DNA of 48,550 nt, taken from a virus (lineage: Duplodnaviria > Caudoviricetes). Position numbers and translations under genes: made by a program. This document shows, in pieces, positions 1-10,577 of this stretch. Under the pieces are notes generated by a model. It searched no databases. It saw nothing but the letters and a program-made list of their open reading frames with translations, and was not told the DNA's origin. The stretch's first letter is position 1, and the number at the start of each line of letters is the position of its first letter. Location: the IMG/VR virus record IMGVR_UViG_3300006810_014097, positions 1 to 48,550 of that record; one strand, 5' to 3'.

Positions 1-528
1 CTACTCTCCCCTCAAACCTTCATACGCTTTCTCACACGTCGCCCCAGCTACTCCTCGCTCGTCGGCGACTGCAGCATAGAATCGAACAGCCTCTCCGAGC
101 CGGCCGAGCATGTCGGCTCGCATTCTGGCGGCGTCTTCGGCTGCCTGGCCGAGCTGGGCAGTGATGGAATTGCCGGCGTCACGACTGCGCTGCTCAGCGG
201 CTGCGAGGCGCAGCTTGAGCCGCTCAAGAGCACTACCAGCACGCTCAGCATCGCCACGCGCTGCAGCCAGTTGTTGCTGGGCTTCTGCATCTGCTTTCTC
301 CGTAGCGGCCTGGCGCCGCTGGTTTTCCTGAATGACGAACATGGCAGCACGCCGGTCGCGCTCGGCGACTTCGGTGCGGTAGCTGCTGTGCGCGGACTGC
401 TCGTTGGCCAGGCTGACCTGCAGCCCATAAACCCGCACCTGCTGAACGCCGCCTACCACCAAGGTCAGTACCAGACCTGCAGCGCTGGCCCAGGCCCAGG
501 ACGGGACCAGCTTCAGCCAGGCGGCCAT
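1..528 (-). CDS. Rz-like inner-membrane spanin (DUF2514-like)
   Basis: Start MAAWLKL overlaps the endolysin stop (TGATG); N-terminal TM helix, long Ala/Glu/Gln coiled coil, C-terminal ...GATCEKAY; directly after the endolysin. Confidence 0.8.
   Translation of the reverse strand: MAAWLKLVPSWAWASAAGLVLTLVVGGVQQVRVYGLQVSLANEQSAHSSYRTEVAERDRRAAMFVIQENQRRQAATEKADAEAQQQLAAARGDAERAGSALERLKLRLAAAEQRSRDAGNSITAQLGQAAEDAARMRADMLGRLGEAVRFYAAVADERGVAGATCEKAYEGLRGE
48..290 (-). CDS. Candidate Rz1-like outer-membrane spanin nested in Rz
   Basis: Alternative-frame ORF from ATG 290 with GGAG SD; hydrophobic MLSVLVVLLSGSS-C, then a Pro-rich stretch with further Cys (PPECEPTC); lipobox non-canonical. Confidence 0.5.
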   Translation of the reverse strand: MQKPSNNWLQRVAMLSVLVVLLSGSSCASQPLSSAVVTPAIPSLPSSARQPKTPPECEPTCSAGSERLFDSMLQSPTSEE

Positions 529-965
529 CACGGCACGTCCTTGAAGAAGATGTGCCGACCGATCTTGCAGGTGCGGGTAGCACCATTCACCCAAGCCGGG
601 GGCTTCTTCATGCTAGTGGAGTAGTAGTGCGTGGCGCCGCCAGTGGGGTCAGGCTCGTGGCCGTCGATCACTGCTACCGCAGCTTCACGACACTGCATGA
701 ACTGCGCCGCCGGGATCTGCTTTTCACCGCGCAGGTAAGGGCTGTTCGGGTCGTTCTTGTTCCAGCAGCTGAACTGCCAGGGCGCTTTGCACACGCCCGC
801 ATAGCCTTCGCCCCACCAGTCCGGCTTGCCGTCGTTGTGCAGGTCCATCTCCACCCGGTTGCGAATGCACCATGCAACGGCGATCTGGCCGCCCTGCCCT
901 TCGCCGCGCGCCTCGCCCCAGATGGTACGGGCCAACACGTCGATGTCTTGCTCACGTTTGGTCAT
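528..965 (-). CDS. Endolysin, SleB/Hydrolase_2-type cell wall hydrolase
   Basis: LARTIWGEARGE, WQFSCWN, DPTGGATHYY and IGRHIFF motifs; GGAG SD before ATG 965. Confidence 0.9.
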   Translation of the reverse strand: MTKREQDIDVLARTIWGEARGEGQGGQIAVAWCIRNRVEMDLHNDGKPDWWGEGYAGVCKAPWQFSCWNKNDPNSPYLRGEKQIPAAQFMQCREAAVAVIDGHEPDPTGGATHYYSTSMKKPPAWVNGATRTCKIGRHIFFKDVP

Positions 966-979
966 GATTTCTCCAGGCA

Positions 980-1003
980 CAAAAAAGCCCGCCGAAGCGG
1001 GCT
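980..1003 (-). terminator. Rho-independent terminator between tail-fibre genes and endolysin
   Basis: AGCCCGC-TTCG-GCGGGCT followed by a T tract on the minus strand. Confidence 0.85.
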
Positions 1004-1016
1004 ATGGAATCACTAA

Positions 1017-1694
1017 TCAGTCTTTCCCACGTATGACAACAACTCGCGATGCCCAGTCCATACTGGTTCCAATAGTGAAAGACGATGAGGGCGAGAATCC
1101 TCCATTGAACTCACCACCACTCGCCATACACCACGTGTAAATGCTCACGGTCGAGTTTGCGCCGCGACGAGTGTTGATCTGTGAATATGGGTAGGTGATT
1201 GTTTCAATTCCCGATGCGGTTCCACTTGCGCCTAGCTGAATCAAGAAGTGCAATCCGGCAGGAATTTCAGTATCCCCTGCGCCTGCAGTGACACTAGTTC
1301 CAGAGCCAGAGAAGTTAGAAGCCGCTGAAACAAACGGCACAGAAGTGTTGTATGTTCCAGCCTGAAACCCAGCCAGGATACATGCGCGACGCCCGCCAGA
1401 AGGAACAGAGAAAGCGCCTTCGTCACCTGCCTGGGCTACCCTGGTTAGGACATGCAGCCTGAGCCCAGTGCCTGAAGTAAAACCCCATGAAGACCATCCA
1501 GATATTGAAATACTGCTTGCGTCTGATGCCGCAACTACAAGCACATGAAGGTCGCCAGCTTGCCAGCCGGTAGGTAGAAGTACGGTTTGCGAAGCGGCGT
1601 TAGCGCCAAAAGATCGCGTGCCACGGAGCACTGGGCGTGTCGCTGGTGAAGGCGCGCCTGAGTTTGCTTGTCCCGCAACAATTCCAGGTATCAT
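1017..1694 (-). CDS. Putative tail fibre / receptor-binding accessory protein
   Basis: Start MIPGIVAG overlaps the upstream stop (ATGA); Ser/Gly/Thr-rich beta-type sequence; last gene of the tail block; lower GC. Confidence 0.6.
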   Translation of the reverse strand: MIPGIVAGQANSGAPSPATRPVLRGTRSFGANAASQTVLLPTGWQAGDLHVLVVAASDASSISISGWSSWGFTSGTGLRLHVLTRVAQAGDEGAFSVPSGGRRACILAGFQAGTYNTSVPFVSAASNFSGSGTSVTAGAGDTEIPAGLHFLIQLGASGTASGIETITYPYSQINTRRGANSTVSIYTWCMASGGEFNGGFSPSSSFTIGTSMDWASRVVVIRGKD

Positions 1695-2377
1695 GCTGGC
1701 ACCGTTTGGCCGATTACGTCCCAAATGTTGGATGCAGCTCTCTTCAGAGTAACCGTGCCGCCATTTGGGATCGCCAAGGTTCCTCCTGACGGAAGATTTA
1801 CTGTCACACCAACGCCAGCCGCTATAGTCAGATCGCTTGCTGCGGCGTTTCGCATGTGAACCTCAGTGCTGCTCGGCCAAGCGACATCAGCCTGAGGCGC
1901 TACCGTAACCGTCTTTGACGAGCTATTCGTCCATCGCAGGTACTTGCCTGCATCGGTCAGCCCCAGCGTTCGCGTTGTTCCGGTTACTTCAAATACCTCT
2001 GACGGCGCAGCTGTCGCAGTGACTTCTGGCTGAACCCAAGACGAACCGTTCCACGAATAGACTTTTGGCACACCAAGAGAATCCAGCTCATCAAGTACGC
2101 GCGCAGAAATGCCGACAAACGGGACTATAAACTGCCATGCGTTTGCTGAATCTCTCCAGTAGGCTACTTGCCCCGCTTTACTTGAATCAGTACCCCAGTT
2201 GCCGGATGCAACGATATAGACATCGCCATCTTCTGGAGAAGAAGGAGCAGTGCTCAGATCCTTGTCAAGGACTGTCAATTGAACCGCTATATCCAGTATT
2301 CCGAACGTAGTGTTTGCATTGACCTGATTGCCGGCACTGTTTGCAAGCTCAGGCATCTGAAATCGAGGGGTAGTCAC
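1691..2377 (-). CDS. DUF2793-like tail fibre-associated protein
   Basis: N-terminal TTPRFQMPEL...DKDLSTAPSSPEDGDVYIV...GQVAYW pattern; follows the tail-tip gene. Confidence 0.75.
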   Translation of the reverse strand: MTTPRFQMPELANSAGNQVNANTTFGILDIAVQLTVLDKDLSTAPSSPEDGDVYIVASGNWGTDSSKAGQVAYWRDSANAWQFIVPFVGISARVLDELDSLGVPKVYSWNGSSWVQPEVTATAAPSEVFEVTGTTRTLGLTDAGKYLRWTNSSSKTVTVAPQADVAWPSSTEVHMRNAAASDLTIAAGVGVTVNLPSGGTLAIPNGGTVTLKRAASNIWDVIGQTVPA

Positions 2378-5300
2378 AGAGTAACCTCCAGAGGATATCC
2401 GCGCCCTACAACGGCGGACATTTGATAGATCCTGAATGTGATAGAGCTTTGTGGAGATCCGAAGTCCGCTGTCTGGTTGGCGGCAGAGTAGCTGAATCCC
2501 AAGGTTGAGGTGTTTATTGTTCTGGCCACTGCGGAACCGTTAATAACCTCAACCTCAAAACTCTGAGACTCTTCACCAAGTGGGTTATTTGTTCCCGTTG
2601 TCCACCAAGTTCCTGTCAATCGCGTTCTACGCATGAATGTGGCTGTGAAATTTCCAGAGCCGTCGCGCGTCGCTTTTGGATAAACAGGGGAAAGGCATTG
2701 AAGATTAACGCCATCGTAGGTGAACTGCGTCTCTTCAGCATCATCAATAGCAGCGCCAGACGTTACGGGGCGGTATGCGAGCGCAGTTCCGATCGATTCC
2801 GCCGACATTCCTATGAAGGCATTATCAGGATCTGCCAAATAGACGAAGTAATCCCGTTCTTCGTGAAGGCCAGACGCCCACTCAGTACCTTTCTCGCCGC
2901 GTACAAAACCATTTACCCTATAGCTGCCATCGGCGTTCAACTGTGCGTTTTGGAACCTGACTATTTCCCAGCGCCCGGGAACGCCATATGCTGCATAGTT
3001 GTTCCCATCGAGCATCTGATCGCGGGTAATGCTGAAGATTTCTCCAGATATCATATCTACGGTCAGAACTGTTTGATCAATCAGCGTGCATGCGTTGACG
3101 GTGAGCACGTTTCTAGCCGTGCCCACTGTTGCAACATCGGCATACGCCTGCAAATCTGTCCATGTCTGCCCGCCGTCACCGCTTCGCACAAGTAGCGCGC
3201 CAGGCCATGCCTGGTTTTCTGATGTGACCAGCCCAACAAAGCCAACTGCATTTTGCAGTGTTTCGTCAACGACTGGTATATCCAGCGGAATGAAGATTGA
3301 CACACCAGAAAGCGGGACTGTTCCATCTGGCACTTCAGGCTCTGAGCCAGAAGCTTCAGGCGAATAAAGTGCAGCCCTGTTTGGCCTTGCGTTAATCGCG
3401 ATAGAACCATTTTGTGAATCCTTTACCGCAACAGCTCTTAGTTGGTATATGGAGCCATCTCTGTCTATGACGCTAAATATGTCGGCCGGCTCAATGGCAG
3501 AGTATATCGGAGGCAAGCTTAAGCTGTATTCAGTCCTTTCAAGCCACGGCAGGAAGGTGAGCACTTCAGCAACGCCAGCAGCTTCATCAGCATCAAGAAC
3601 AATCGGAAGCTCCCTATCAACCCGATTAACAGACTCAGTATTTGTGCGCTCTGCGTACTGCTCAGATGATGCATACTCTCGATTGGCATCGAGGTATTTT
3701 ATATTAGTCCTGACTGGAAGCTGTGAGTCCATTTCCCTCGATGCAGGGATAATCGCTCCTGGCTGACCGTCGCTTGCGCCTAGATCCTGCCATGGAATAG
3801 ATAAAGAGCTGCTGCCGCCTCTTGGTAGAAACTTTATTTTGTATCCTGACGGTATCACATCAAATGGATATGCGGCCTGCAATGGTTCTACCGCTGAGCG
3901 TATTGATCCGCCAGATACGCGATAACCCTTAACCACATTTGCAACTCCAGAAACATCTATGTCGCTTTCCGAGAGTTGACCAGAAAGAACACATTCACTT
4001 ACGAGTATGTCTGCAAGAGCTTCCGTTCCATAATTGTATCGCCTCCACTGTACGAGTCGTGCATTCGTCTGCAGCACGGCTTGGTCTGCGTCGTACGGCC
4101 ATATTGCTGACACACCTGTCTGCCCAGTTGTATCTGTTTCAATGACGTAATTGAACAATATTCCATTGCTGTTCAGTGCGCAATATCTATAACCAGTCCC
4201 AGGTTCGATCTTGCATAGATAAACCGTTCGATTAATTAGCCTACAGCACACGTCAGCAGGACCGAAACTTGCGCCAGCATTCATGGTCGGCCACTGGCCT
4301 GCAGGCAGCGAAACGCTAAATGAAGTTACGACTGGTGAAAGATTATCGTCGTAAATTCTAATCTGAAAACTGTTACTCTGTATGCGCCACTCGTAAGGCT
4401 CATCTCCACACGTGGAGACATTCCAGTTTGCCGACTGAACAAGGTGGCGAAGAATTACGCTTTTTGCTGATGAATTTTTTACAAGACCAGCGTAGCCTAT
4501 TCTATTGAAAGAACCGTAGTTAGACGGATCACTTGAGTAAACGAATACATAGTTCTCCTGACTAGTTCCTTGCTCGCTAATTTTAAGCATGTCTTGAACT
4601 TTCGAAATAATACCAAGTGTAAGCCAATGGCCTTCACTTGACTTCGCAAAGCACTCGTTGACAAACGTGTTGTTAGAAAGATATTGGAACCATCTATTGC
4701 CGTCAGTTGATCTAACGCATTCAATATCAGCCAATGCATTTGCATCAGATACGGCTATCGCTTTAGACTGCCCGCGAAGCGAACCCAAATCGAAACGCGC
4801 ATGCCTATAAAATCTTGAGCCAACATCTGAAACAGTTGAGGCATAGCTCAATACTGTTGCGCCGTAAATATCTGAATCTACACTAAACACACTAGAATAT
4901 GAAAAGTTACGCTCCGTGCCAGGATCTTTGTTATAGATAACATTTATATCCTGACCTTTCTTTACTACTCAACCTTGAACTGTGCTGCCTGCAGAGTGTT
5001 TGAATAATCAGCAAGCTGGAAATCATAGAAGACGATATAGGCCATACCTCTAAAGGCAGATGCATTCCCAGATCCAACATTTGCCTCATAGCGTGTGTCT
5101 GGCATTTGGCTGTCGCTGCCTAGGTAGACCCTCCAACCTTGTGCATTCCTGTTGCTTGCAATCACCGTAGCCGGATCAGAAGACCCAGCATTGTAGATAA
5201 GCTTATCCATGCACCAGATGCGACGAACGCCTACAATTGGCCCTTCGCAAAGGCCAAGAGCAAATGTCGCGCTGTAGCTGAACGTTTCGACTGTCTGACT

Positions 5301-5612
5301 AGACCCGCCACCTTTGCCGCCCGACTTCTTCTTGCGAACAGTTTCCTTGAGCTGATTATTCTCAAGCCACAATATGTTCCCAGAGATGGCAACTGTTCCA
5401 TACAGACGCGGCACAAAGTTTCCGTATGTGCTTGTTTGGGCGGCGAGATCACTCAGGCGAGGACCCTGAACAGTAGGGCCTCTTGGTGGATCTAGCGCGG
5501 CTCCAACTCCGGCCCCCAGTAATGCGCCTTGAAATGCGCCAGCAGGGCCGCCCACATAGAAGCCAACTACGGCACCTACGATACCGCCAACTATCTGACC
5601 GCCAGAACTCAT
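2374..5612 (-). pseudogene. Tail tip / host-specificity (J-like, GTA-type) protein split by a 1-bp frameshift at ~4968 (ORFs 4965-5612 and 2374-4890)
   Basis: The N-part (GPRLSDL...YG...PRLYGT...AFRGMAYIVF...FKVE) stops at GAG TAG. Re-reading G4968 gives GTA GTA AAG AAA... open for 26 codons into GTG 4890 and the 838-aa C-part. Confidence 0.8.
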
Positions 5613-6022
5613 AGCGCGCCCTCAAAGCGGTAGACATGAACGATCCGTGCGCGCCACATGCTAGAGATGCGGTGCTCAACCACGCGGCCCGCGTGCTCAT
5701 AGGAATGGATCATGGTCGAGCCTGCATGGATGGCGATGTGTTGTGGTTCCCCTTCAAACTTCATGAGCAGTACGTCACCAGCCTGCATTTGCTCTTTCGG
5801 CACTCGGAAGAGGAATGTCTGGCGAGATATGCACTGCTCAAGTAGGCCCCGGAAAGGATTGCGTCCGTAGCCCTGCTCGTCGAGCACTGGCAGGCCCAGG
5901 TCAAGGCACACCTGTACGAACAGACCGGCGCAGTCGAGCGCGAGGGGTGGCGTGCGGCCTTGGTGCCGGAATGGCACGCCCAGGTAAGCCCGGGCAGAGC
6001 AAATAATGTCGTCAGCCTTCAT
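5609..6022 (-). CDS. NlpC/P60 tail-associated peptidase
   Basis: ARAYLGVPFRHQGR...LDCAGL, GDVLL, HIAI, MIHSY motifs; ATG 6022 overlaps the upstream stop. Confidence 0.9.
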   Translation of the reverse strand: MKADDIICSARAYLGVPFRHQGRTPPLALDCAGLFVQVCLDLGLPVLDEQGYGRNPFRGLLEQCISRQTFLFRVPKEQMQAGDVLLMKFEGEPQHIAIHAGSTMIHSYEHAGRVVEHRISSMWRARIVHVYRFEGAL

Positions 6023-6909
6023 CGCCCCCTCCCAACCTGTGCAGCAACCGATGGAACAGGAACGTGGTCCTGGCCGCCGTAGTTCACTTTGTTCCCGTAC
6101 TTGTCCTTGCACGCTGCAGGCGTCTTGCGGCAGCCAGGGATCATTTCGTACTCGTCACCTACCTCCGGCAGATAGAACATCGCCTCATGCAGAAGGATCG
6201 TGCCGTTTGAGGTGTAGGCCTTGATTTCGAGAGGTTTGAGGCCAGCGTTAGGCCCTGTGGTGAAGCGAATCGACCCGTAGCCGAACCAGTCATCAGCCTC
6301 TGTCCTGGCAGAATCGCGGAACTGGTACTGGTCAGTGACAGAAGTCAGCGTGCCGGTGACCTTGAAATCGGCCAGCGCGGGCCCGTCTGGATTGGCGCGC
6401 GGTCCGGTGCACCGGCTTTGTGATACCGGGAGAACGCGCCCATCAAGCGTTTCGTCAAAGAGTGTCCACGGGCAGGATGGCGAGAACGAGCGGCCGACCG
6501 ACTGGCTGAGCACGTCAATAGCGCCCATGATCTGCACGGTATAGCGGTCGTCGTCAGTGTTCACCTTGCCGAAGAACCCAAGGCCGATTGGCTCTTCGTC
6601 TTCAATAGGGTCAGACCAGGACGTGGCGAACAGATAGACGCGGGCATTGTCGTAGACGCCCGCCTTGAGGTCGTCGCGGCTGATGGCGCCCTGCTGCAGG
6701 ATTCCCTGCAGATCCAGGCTCTGGCTTGCGAACGTGGTCGTTGCATCAATCCCGGAGAACTCATACCCGCTCTCGGTCAGGTAGACCTGGCCATTGCTCA
6801 TCGGCAGATCCACCGGGTAGCCGGCCAGGCGCACTATCGGCGAATCATTGGCCGGCTCAATGCGGACGCAGTAAACCCGCGTCTGCCAGTCTGCGACGTG
6901 TGATTTCAT
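6019..6909 (-). CDS. DUF2163/BR0599-family tail hub protein
   Basis: Cys pattern (C...C...GCRKTPAACKDKYGNKVNYGG); position between distal tail protein and NlpC. Confidence 0.88.
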   Translation of the reverse strand: MKSHVADWQTRVYCVRIEPANDSPIVRLAGYPVDLPMSNGQVYLTESGYEFSGIDATTTFASQSLDLQGILQQGAISRDDLKAGVYDNARVYLFATSWSDPIEDEEPIGLGFFGKVNTDDDRYTVQIMGAIDVLSQSVGRSFSPSCPWTLFDETLDGRVLPVSQSRCTGPRANPDGPALADFKVTGTLTSVTDQYQFRDSARTEADDWFGYGSIRFTTGPNAGLKPLEIKAYTSNGTILLHEAMFYLPEVGDEYEMIPGCRKTPAACKDKYGNKVNYGGQDHVPVPSVAAQVGRGR

Positions 6910-6918
6910 GGGATTGGC

Positions 6919-7779
6919 TCAGGGGTTGAGTATTTCGCGGATGCCTACCGAGGTGCCGAGCACGCCGGGGCCGATGAATGTGCCGGACAGATCGGCATCG
7001 AAGCGCATGGGGATATCGAAGACGCAGCCGCAGGTGACCGCCTCTCCGGCGATTGGCTGGGTCTGCACCGTGCCGCTGTTCAGGTAGTCGCTGAACAGCG
7101 ATGAATCGATGGCGACCTGGATAGTCGTTGTGGTCGGCTTGGCAGTTATCAGAGCGCGCAGGCCGTTGATCTGCGTCATGCCTGCCACGCCGCTGATAGC
7201 CACCGATTCACCGATTAGGAACGTGTTCGTGCCTACCGTCAAAACGGCCTGGCTGGCCTTGGTAATGCCAGTGATCGAGCGCGACTTGTTGGCAGCCATG
7301 GTCACAAGGCCAGTGGTTGTGTCGACGCTCCATTGCGCCGTTGGCAGAAGCTGGCCAGCTACGCCAACTATGGTCGTGCCAGCAGCTGGCTTGCGAATGA
7401 TCCGGCGCGCGCACTTACTGTCGGCAGGGTTCCCGTACCACCGGACCATCTGGTACAGGCCAGTGCTGATGAGCTGCATTGGCTGATCAAACGCCGTGTG
7501 CGCCTTGGTATAGGCGTTGGTCGAGAAGTCGTTGTAGTTGTAGACGCGGAAGCCGCGGAACGTGCCGTTGGCGCGCCGGTTGAGGTCAATGATGCGCGCG
7601 ATCACATCTTCCTTTTGACGGGAGAATTCGACCTCAAGGGCGCAGCGCACGAACGGGTGCTCAAGGCTGCGGTACTCATCGCCGCCGGATGTAGTCACCA
7701 CGCGCACCGCACCGATCTCGCGGAAACCACTGCCATAGTTGATGTCGTGCGGGAACCGCTCTTCCAGAAACTCAGCCAT
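6919..7779 (-). CDS. DUF2460-family distal tail protein with inserted beta domain
   Basis: FLEERFP...YG start, FDIPMRFD near the C-terminus; follows the tape measure gene. Confidence 0.85.
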   Translation of the reverse strand: MAEFLEERFPHDINYGSGFREIGAVRVVTTSGGDEYRSLEHPFVRCALEVEFSRQKEDVIARIIDLNRRANGTFRGFRVYNYNDFSTNAYTKAHTAFDQPMQLISTGLYQMVRWYGNPADSKCARRIIRKPAAGTTIVGVAGQLLPTAQWSVDTTTGLVTMAANKSRSITGITKASQAVLTVGTNTFLIGESVAISGVAGMTQINGLRALITAKPTTTTIQVAIDSSLFSDYLNSGTVQTQPIAGEAVTCGCVFDIPMRFDADLSGTFIGPGVLGTSVGIREILNP

Positions 7780-10574
7780 TAGCTGTACCTCGCAGACTGC
7801 ACCATGGCGCCGTTGACCTGGCGCGCCAGGGTTGCAGTGGCCTCGCGGGCCTCACCAGCTGTGCGCATGCCGGAGAAGTCGGCATTGATGACGACGTTAT
7901 TGCCGGAAGGACCGGAACTCTGGCTGCGCGATGGTTTGGTGTGATCAGTGACGGTCTCCTGCGGATGCAAGATGGCCAAGAAGCCGCCCTTGCCGTCGAT
8001 GCCGCCAGAGCGCGGGGCATTGCCGGTGTATCCGCCCCCGTCGAAGCCGTATGCGCCGGTATATCCACCAGAAGAGGATGCTGCGCTGAACAGGCTGGCA
8101 AACAAGCCTGCGGTTCCACCAGAGCCGCCCGCCGCCCCGGCGAGCCCGCTTGCCAGGTTAGCGGTTAGCTGACGCGCGGCAATGCGAGCCAGGTCAGCGA
8201 TGATCGAGTTGGCCAGGTCTTTGAAAGACAGCTTCCCGGTCATGGCGAACTCTACGAAAGCATCCTCGAGGCCGCCAAGCGCGTTCTGGAACAGATCGTA
8301 TGTCTGTCCGGCAATATCCTTTGTCTCGTCGATGTAGTCAGCGAATGCTGAACTAGCTCCGTTCTTCCAATCTGCCTGCAGCTCGTCCAGCTTCTCGTAA
8401 TAGTCCTCGTTCGCAGCCAGGGCGTCGGCCAACCCTGCCTTGATCTCTTGAACAGCGGTGTTGTACTGCTCGCTGCCAAGCAGATCGGACGGCGTAGCCT
8501 TGTCCAATTGCGCCTGGTAGCGGCGGAACTCGCGGAAGATTGATGCCTCGGCTTGCACGCGCTCCAACTCGCGCCGGCCCAGGCCGAAGGCATCCAACTG
8601 ACGCTGCTGCTGTTCCTGGCGCCCTTCCAGCGACGCGCGAATGGTTTCCTGCAACTGGGCCGAGCGCTCCTGCAACTTGATGCTGTCGTTGTGCAGGCGC
8701 ACTTCTTCGGCAATGGCGACGTTCTTGTCGAGCTGAGCCTTGATAGCGCCCTGATTGGCCAGAAGCGACTTCTGGTCGGCGGTCAGGATGTCCTTGGTCT
8801 TGAGGTCGGCGATCAGCGACTCGAACTCGGCGCGCTTCTTCTGCTCTGCGGTGAGCTTGGTTTCGCTGAGCAGTTGGGTTTCGAGTTCGGCGCTCTGCTG
8901 CCTCAGGGCGAGCAGCATGCGGGTTGCGGCGTCGTCGCGGACGGCTGGGGTTCTGGCGACCTTCGGGTCTTTGTACTGCTCGGCGATGTTCCGCTCAAGC
9001 CTCGCCACGTTGTCAGCTGCCAGGCGAGGATCGTCAGGGTTTACCAGTTCGATCTTGGCCAGGTCGGTGCGCAGGTCGTTGAGCGCCTTGACGCGCTTCT
9101 CGGCGTTGGTCAGGGTCGACTTGCGCAACTGGTCAATGCGCTGCTGAGCAGAGATAGCAGCCTGCTCCTGCTGGGCGGTCATTCCCTCTACCCAGGCTTT
9201 CTCGTCGCGCTCCTGGATCTCTTGCCATATCTCGGCGATCTGCTCGTTCTGCTCTGAGCCGGTGCGAGTGAACTGGTCGAACAGCTCCTTAGCGCCACCG
9301 ATAGGCCCGAGCACGGCGGCATTGGCTGCGATTCGCCCAAAGTTGAAACGATTGCCGGAGGTGAGTTCGTCAAGTCGCTCTTCAGGCGTCTGCGAGCGGC
9401 CGACGCCAAGCATCTCGTCCCATGCCTCGGCGGCGCCGTCCTTGATGCCCTTCCATGCGCGCTCGATGAATCCCAGGCCCTGCTCGATCTCATTCGCGCG
9501 CTCAGTCATGGTCTGCGCGAAGGTATCGATGGCCAGTTGGGCGGCGCCAGCAGCGTCACCCTGCTGCTCGAGGGCAGATATCTGATCGAACACGGCCGCG
9601 GTGAGGAAGTTGTACTGCTCGTTCAGCTTCGCTGCGGCAGCAGCTGGCTCGTCTGCCAGGCGCTTGAACTCGTTAACCGTCTCGGAAATCGCGCGCCCGG
9701 TCGCCTCTTCCATGGCCACAGCGGCCAAACCTATGGTCTCGATCTGGTCGGCGGTGAACTTGCCAGTGCCGGCCACCTCCGCGAGCGCGCGGGCGGCCTG
9801 GCGCTGGGTTCCGGTCACCTGGTCAATCGCTGCAGCAGCGTTCTCCAGGCGATCCGCGCTGGTTCCGGCGATGTTGCCAGAGAGGATCAGGGCATTATTG
9901 AAGGCCGTAGACTCGTCGCTGCCCTGCTTGTAGGCCAGCGCCAGGGCGCCAACCGCGACCGCGGCGACGGTGAAGGGGTTGACCAGGCCCAGGGCGTAAC
10001 GCGCCGTCTCGGCCAGGGCTGGGCCAACGCCGCCAAACGAGTCCTTGATCTGTGCGCCCTGCTGCAGGAACACGGTGAGCGGGCTCTGGCCGGCCTGGAG
10101 GGAAATGAAGATGTCGGAGAACTGCGCCGGGAGTTGGCGCAGGGCATTTGCGGTTTGCTTGGAGGTGTTGCCGGTGCGCATGATCGCGCCGTCGACATTC
10201 GAAAGGCTGCGCCGTGCCTGGTCGATCTTGGTCTGGTACTCGCCGAAGGTCTCGGTATCGAGCAGCCCCTGGCCGCGGAACTGGCGCAGCTTGGCTTCCT
10301 GCTCATCCAGGCGGCCGAGGGCGCCGACAACCGGGTCGATTTTGCCGAGCAGCTGCGCCAGCTCTTGCTGCTGCTCGCGCAGGGCGTCGGAGCCTTTGCG
10401 GAACTCCCCGGCCGAGCCCGCAGCCTGCTTCGACGCACCGCTCCACGCCTCCCCTACCCCCTTTGCGGCCGCTTCCGTGCGCGCGCCAGTGGCGTTCAGG
10501 CCATCAAGGGCAGTCTCGGCCTTTGCGACATCGCTGGTATCGATGCTGAAGCCCAAGCTGGCGATATCAACCAC
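7779..10574 (-). CDS. Tail tape measure protein (lambda H-type)
   Basis: 931 aa, Ala/Gln-rich; LRQLPAQFSDIFISLQAGQSPLTVFLQQGAQIKDSFGG; C-terminal FDGGGYTG...HPQE. Confidence 0.95.
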   Translation of the reverse strand: MVDIASLGFSIDTSDVAKAETALDGLNATGARTEAAAKGVGEAWSGASKQAAGSAGEFRKGSDALREQQQELAQLLGKIDPVVGALGRLDEQEAKLRQFRGQGLLDTETFGEYQTKIDQARRSLSNVDGAIMRTGNTSKQTANALRQLPAQFSDIFISLQAGQSPLTVFLQQGAQIKDSFGGVGPALAETARYALGLVNPFTVAAVAVGALALAYKQGSDESTAFNNALILSGNIAGTSADRLENAAAAIDQVTGTQRQAARALAEVAGTGKFTADQIETIGLAAVAMEEATGRAISETVNEFKRLADEPAAAAAKLNEQYNFLTAAVFDQISALEQQGDAAGAAQLAIDTFAQTMTERANEIEQGLGFIERAWKGIKDGAAEAWDEMLGVGRSQTPEERLDELTSGNRFNFGRIAANAAVLGPIGGAKELFDQFTRTGSEQNEQIAEIWQEIQERDEKAWVEGMTAQQEQAAISAQQRIDQLRKSTLTNAEKRVKALNDLRTDLAKIELVNPDDPRLAADNVARLERNIAEQYKDPKVARTPAVRDDAATRMLLALRQQSAELETQLLSETKLTAEQKKRAEFESLIADLKTKDILTADQKSLLANQGAIKAQLDKNVAIAEEVRLHNDSIKLQERSAQLQETIRASLEGRQEQQQRQLDAFGLGRRELERVQAEASIFREFRRYQAQLDKATPSDLLGSEQYNTAVQEIKAGLADALAANEDYYEKLDELQADWKNGASSAFADYIDETKDIAGQTYDLFQNALGGLEDAFVEFAMTGKLSFKDLANSIIADLARIAARQLTANLASGLAGAAGGSGGTAGLFASLFSAASSSGGYTGAYGFDGGGYTGNAPRSGGIDGKGGFLAILHPQETVTDHTKPSRSQSSGPSGNNVVINADFSGMRTAGEAREATATLARQVNGAMVQSARYS

Positions 10575-10577
10575 GGC

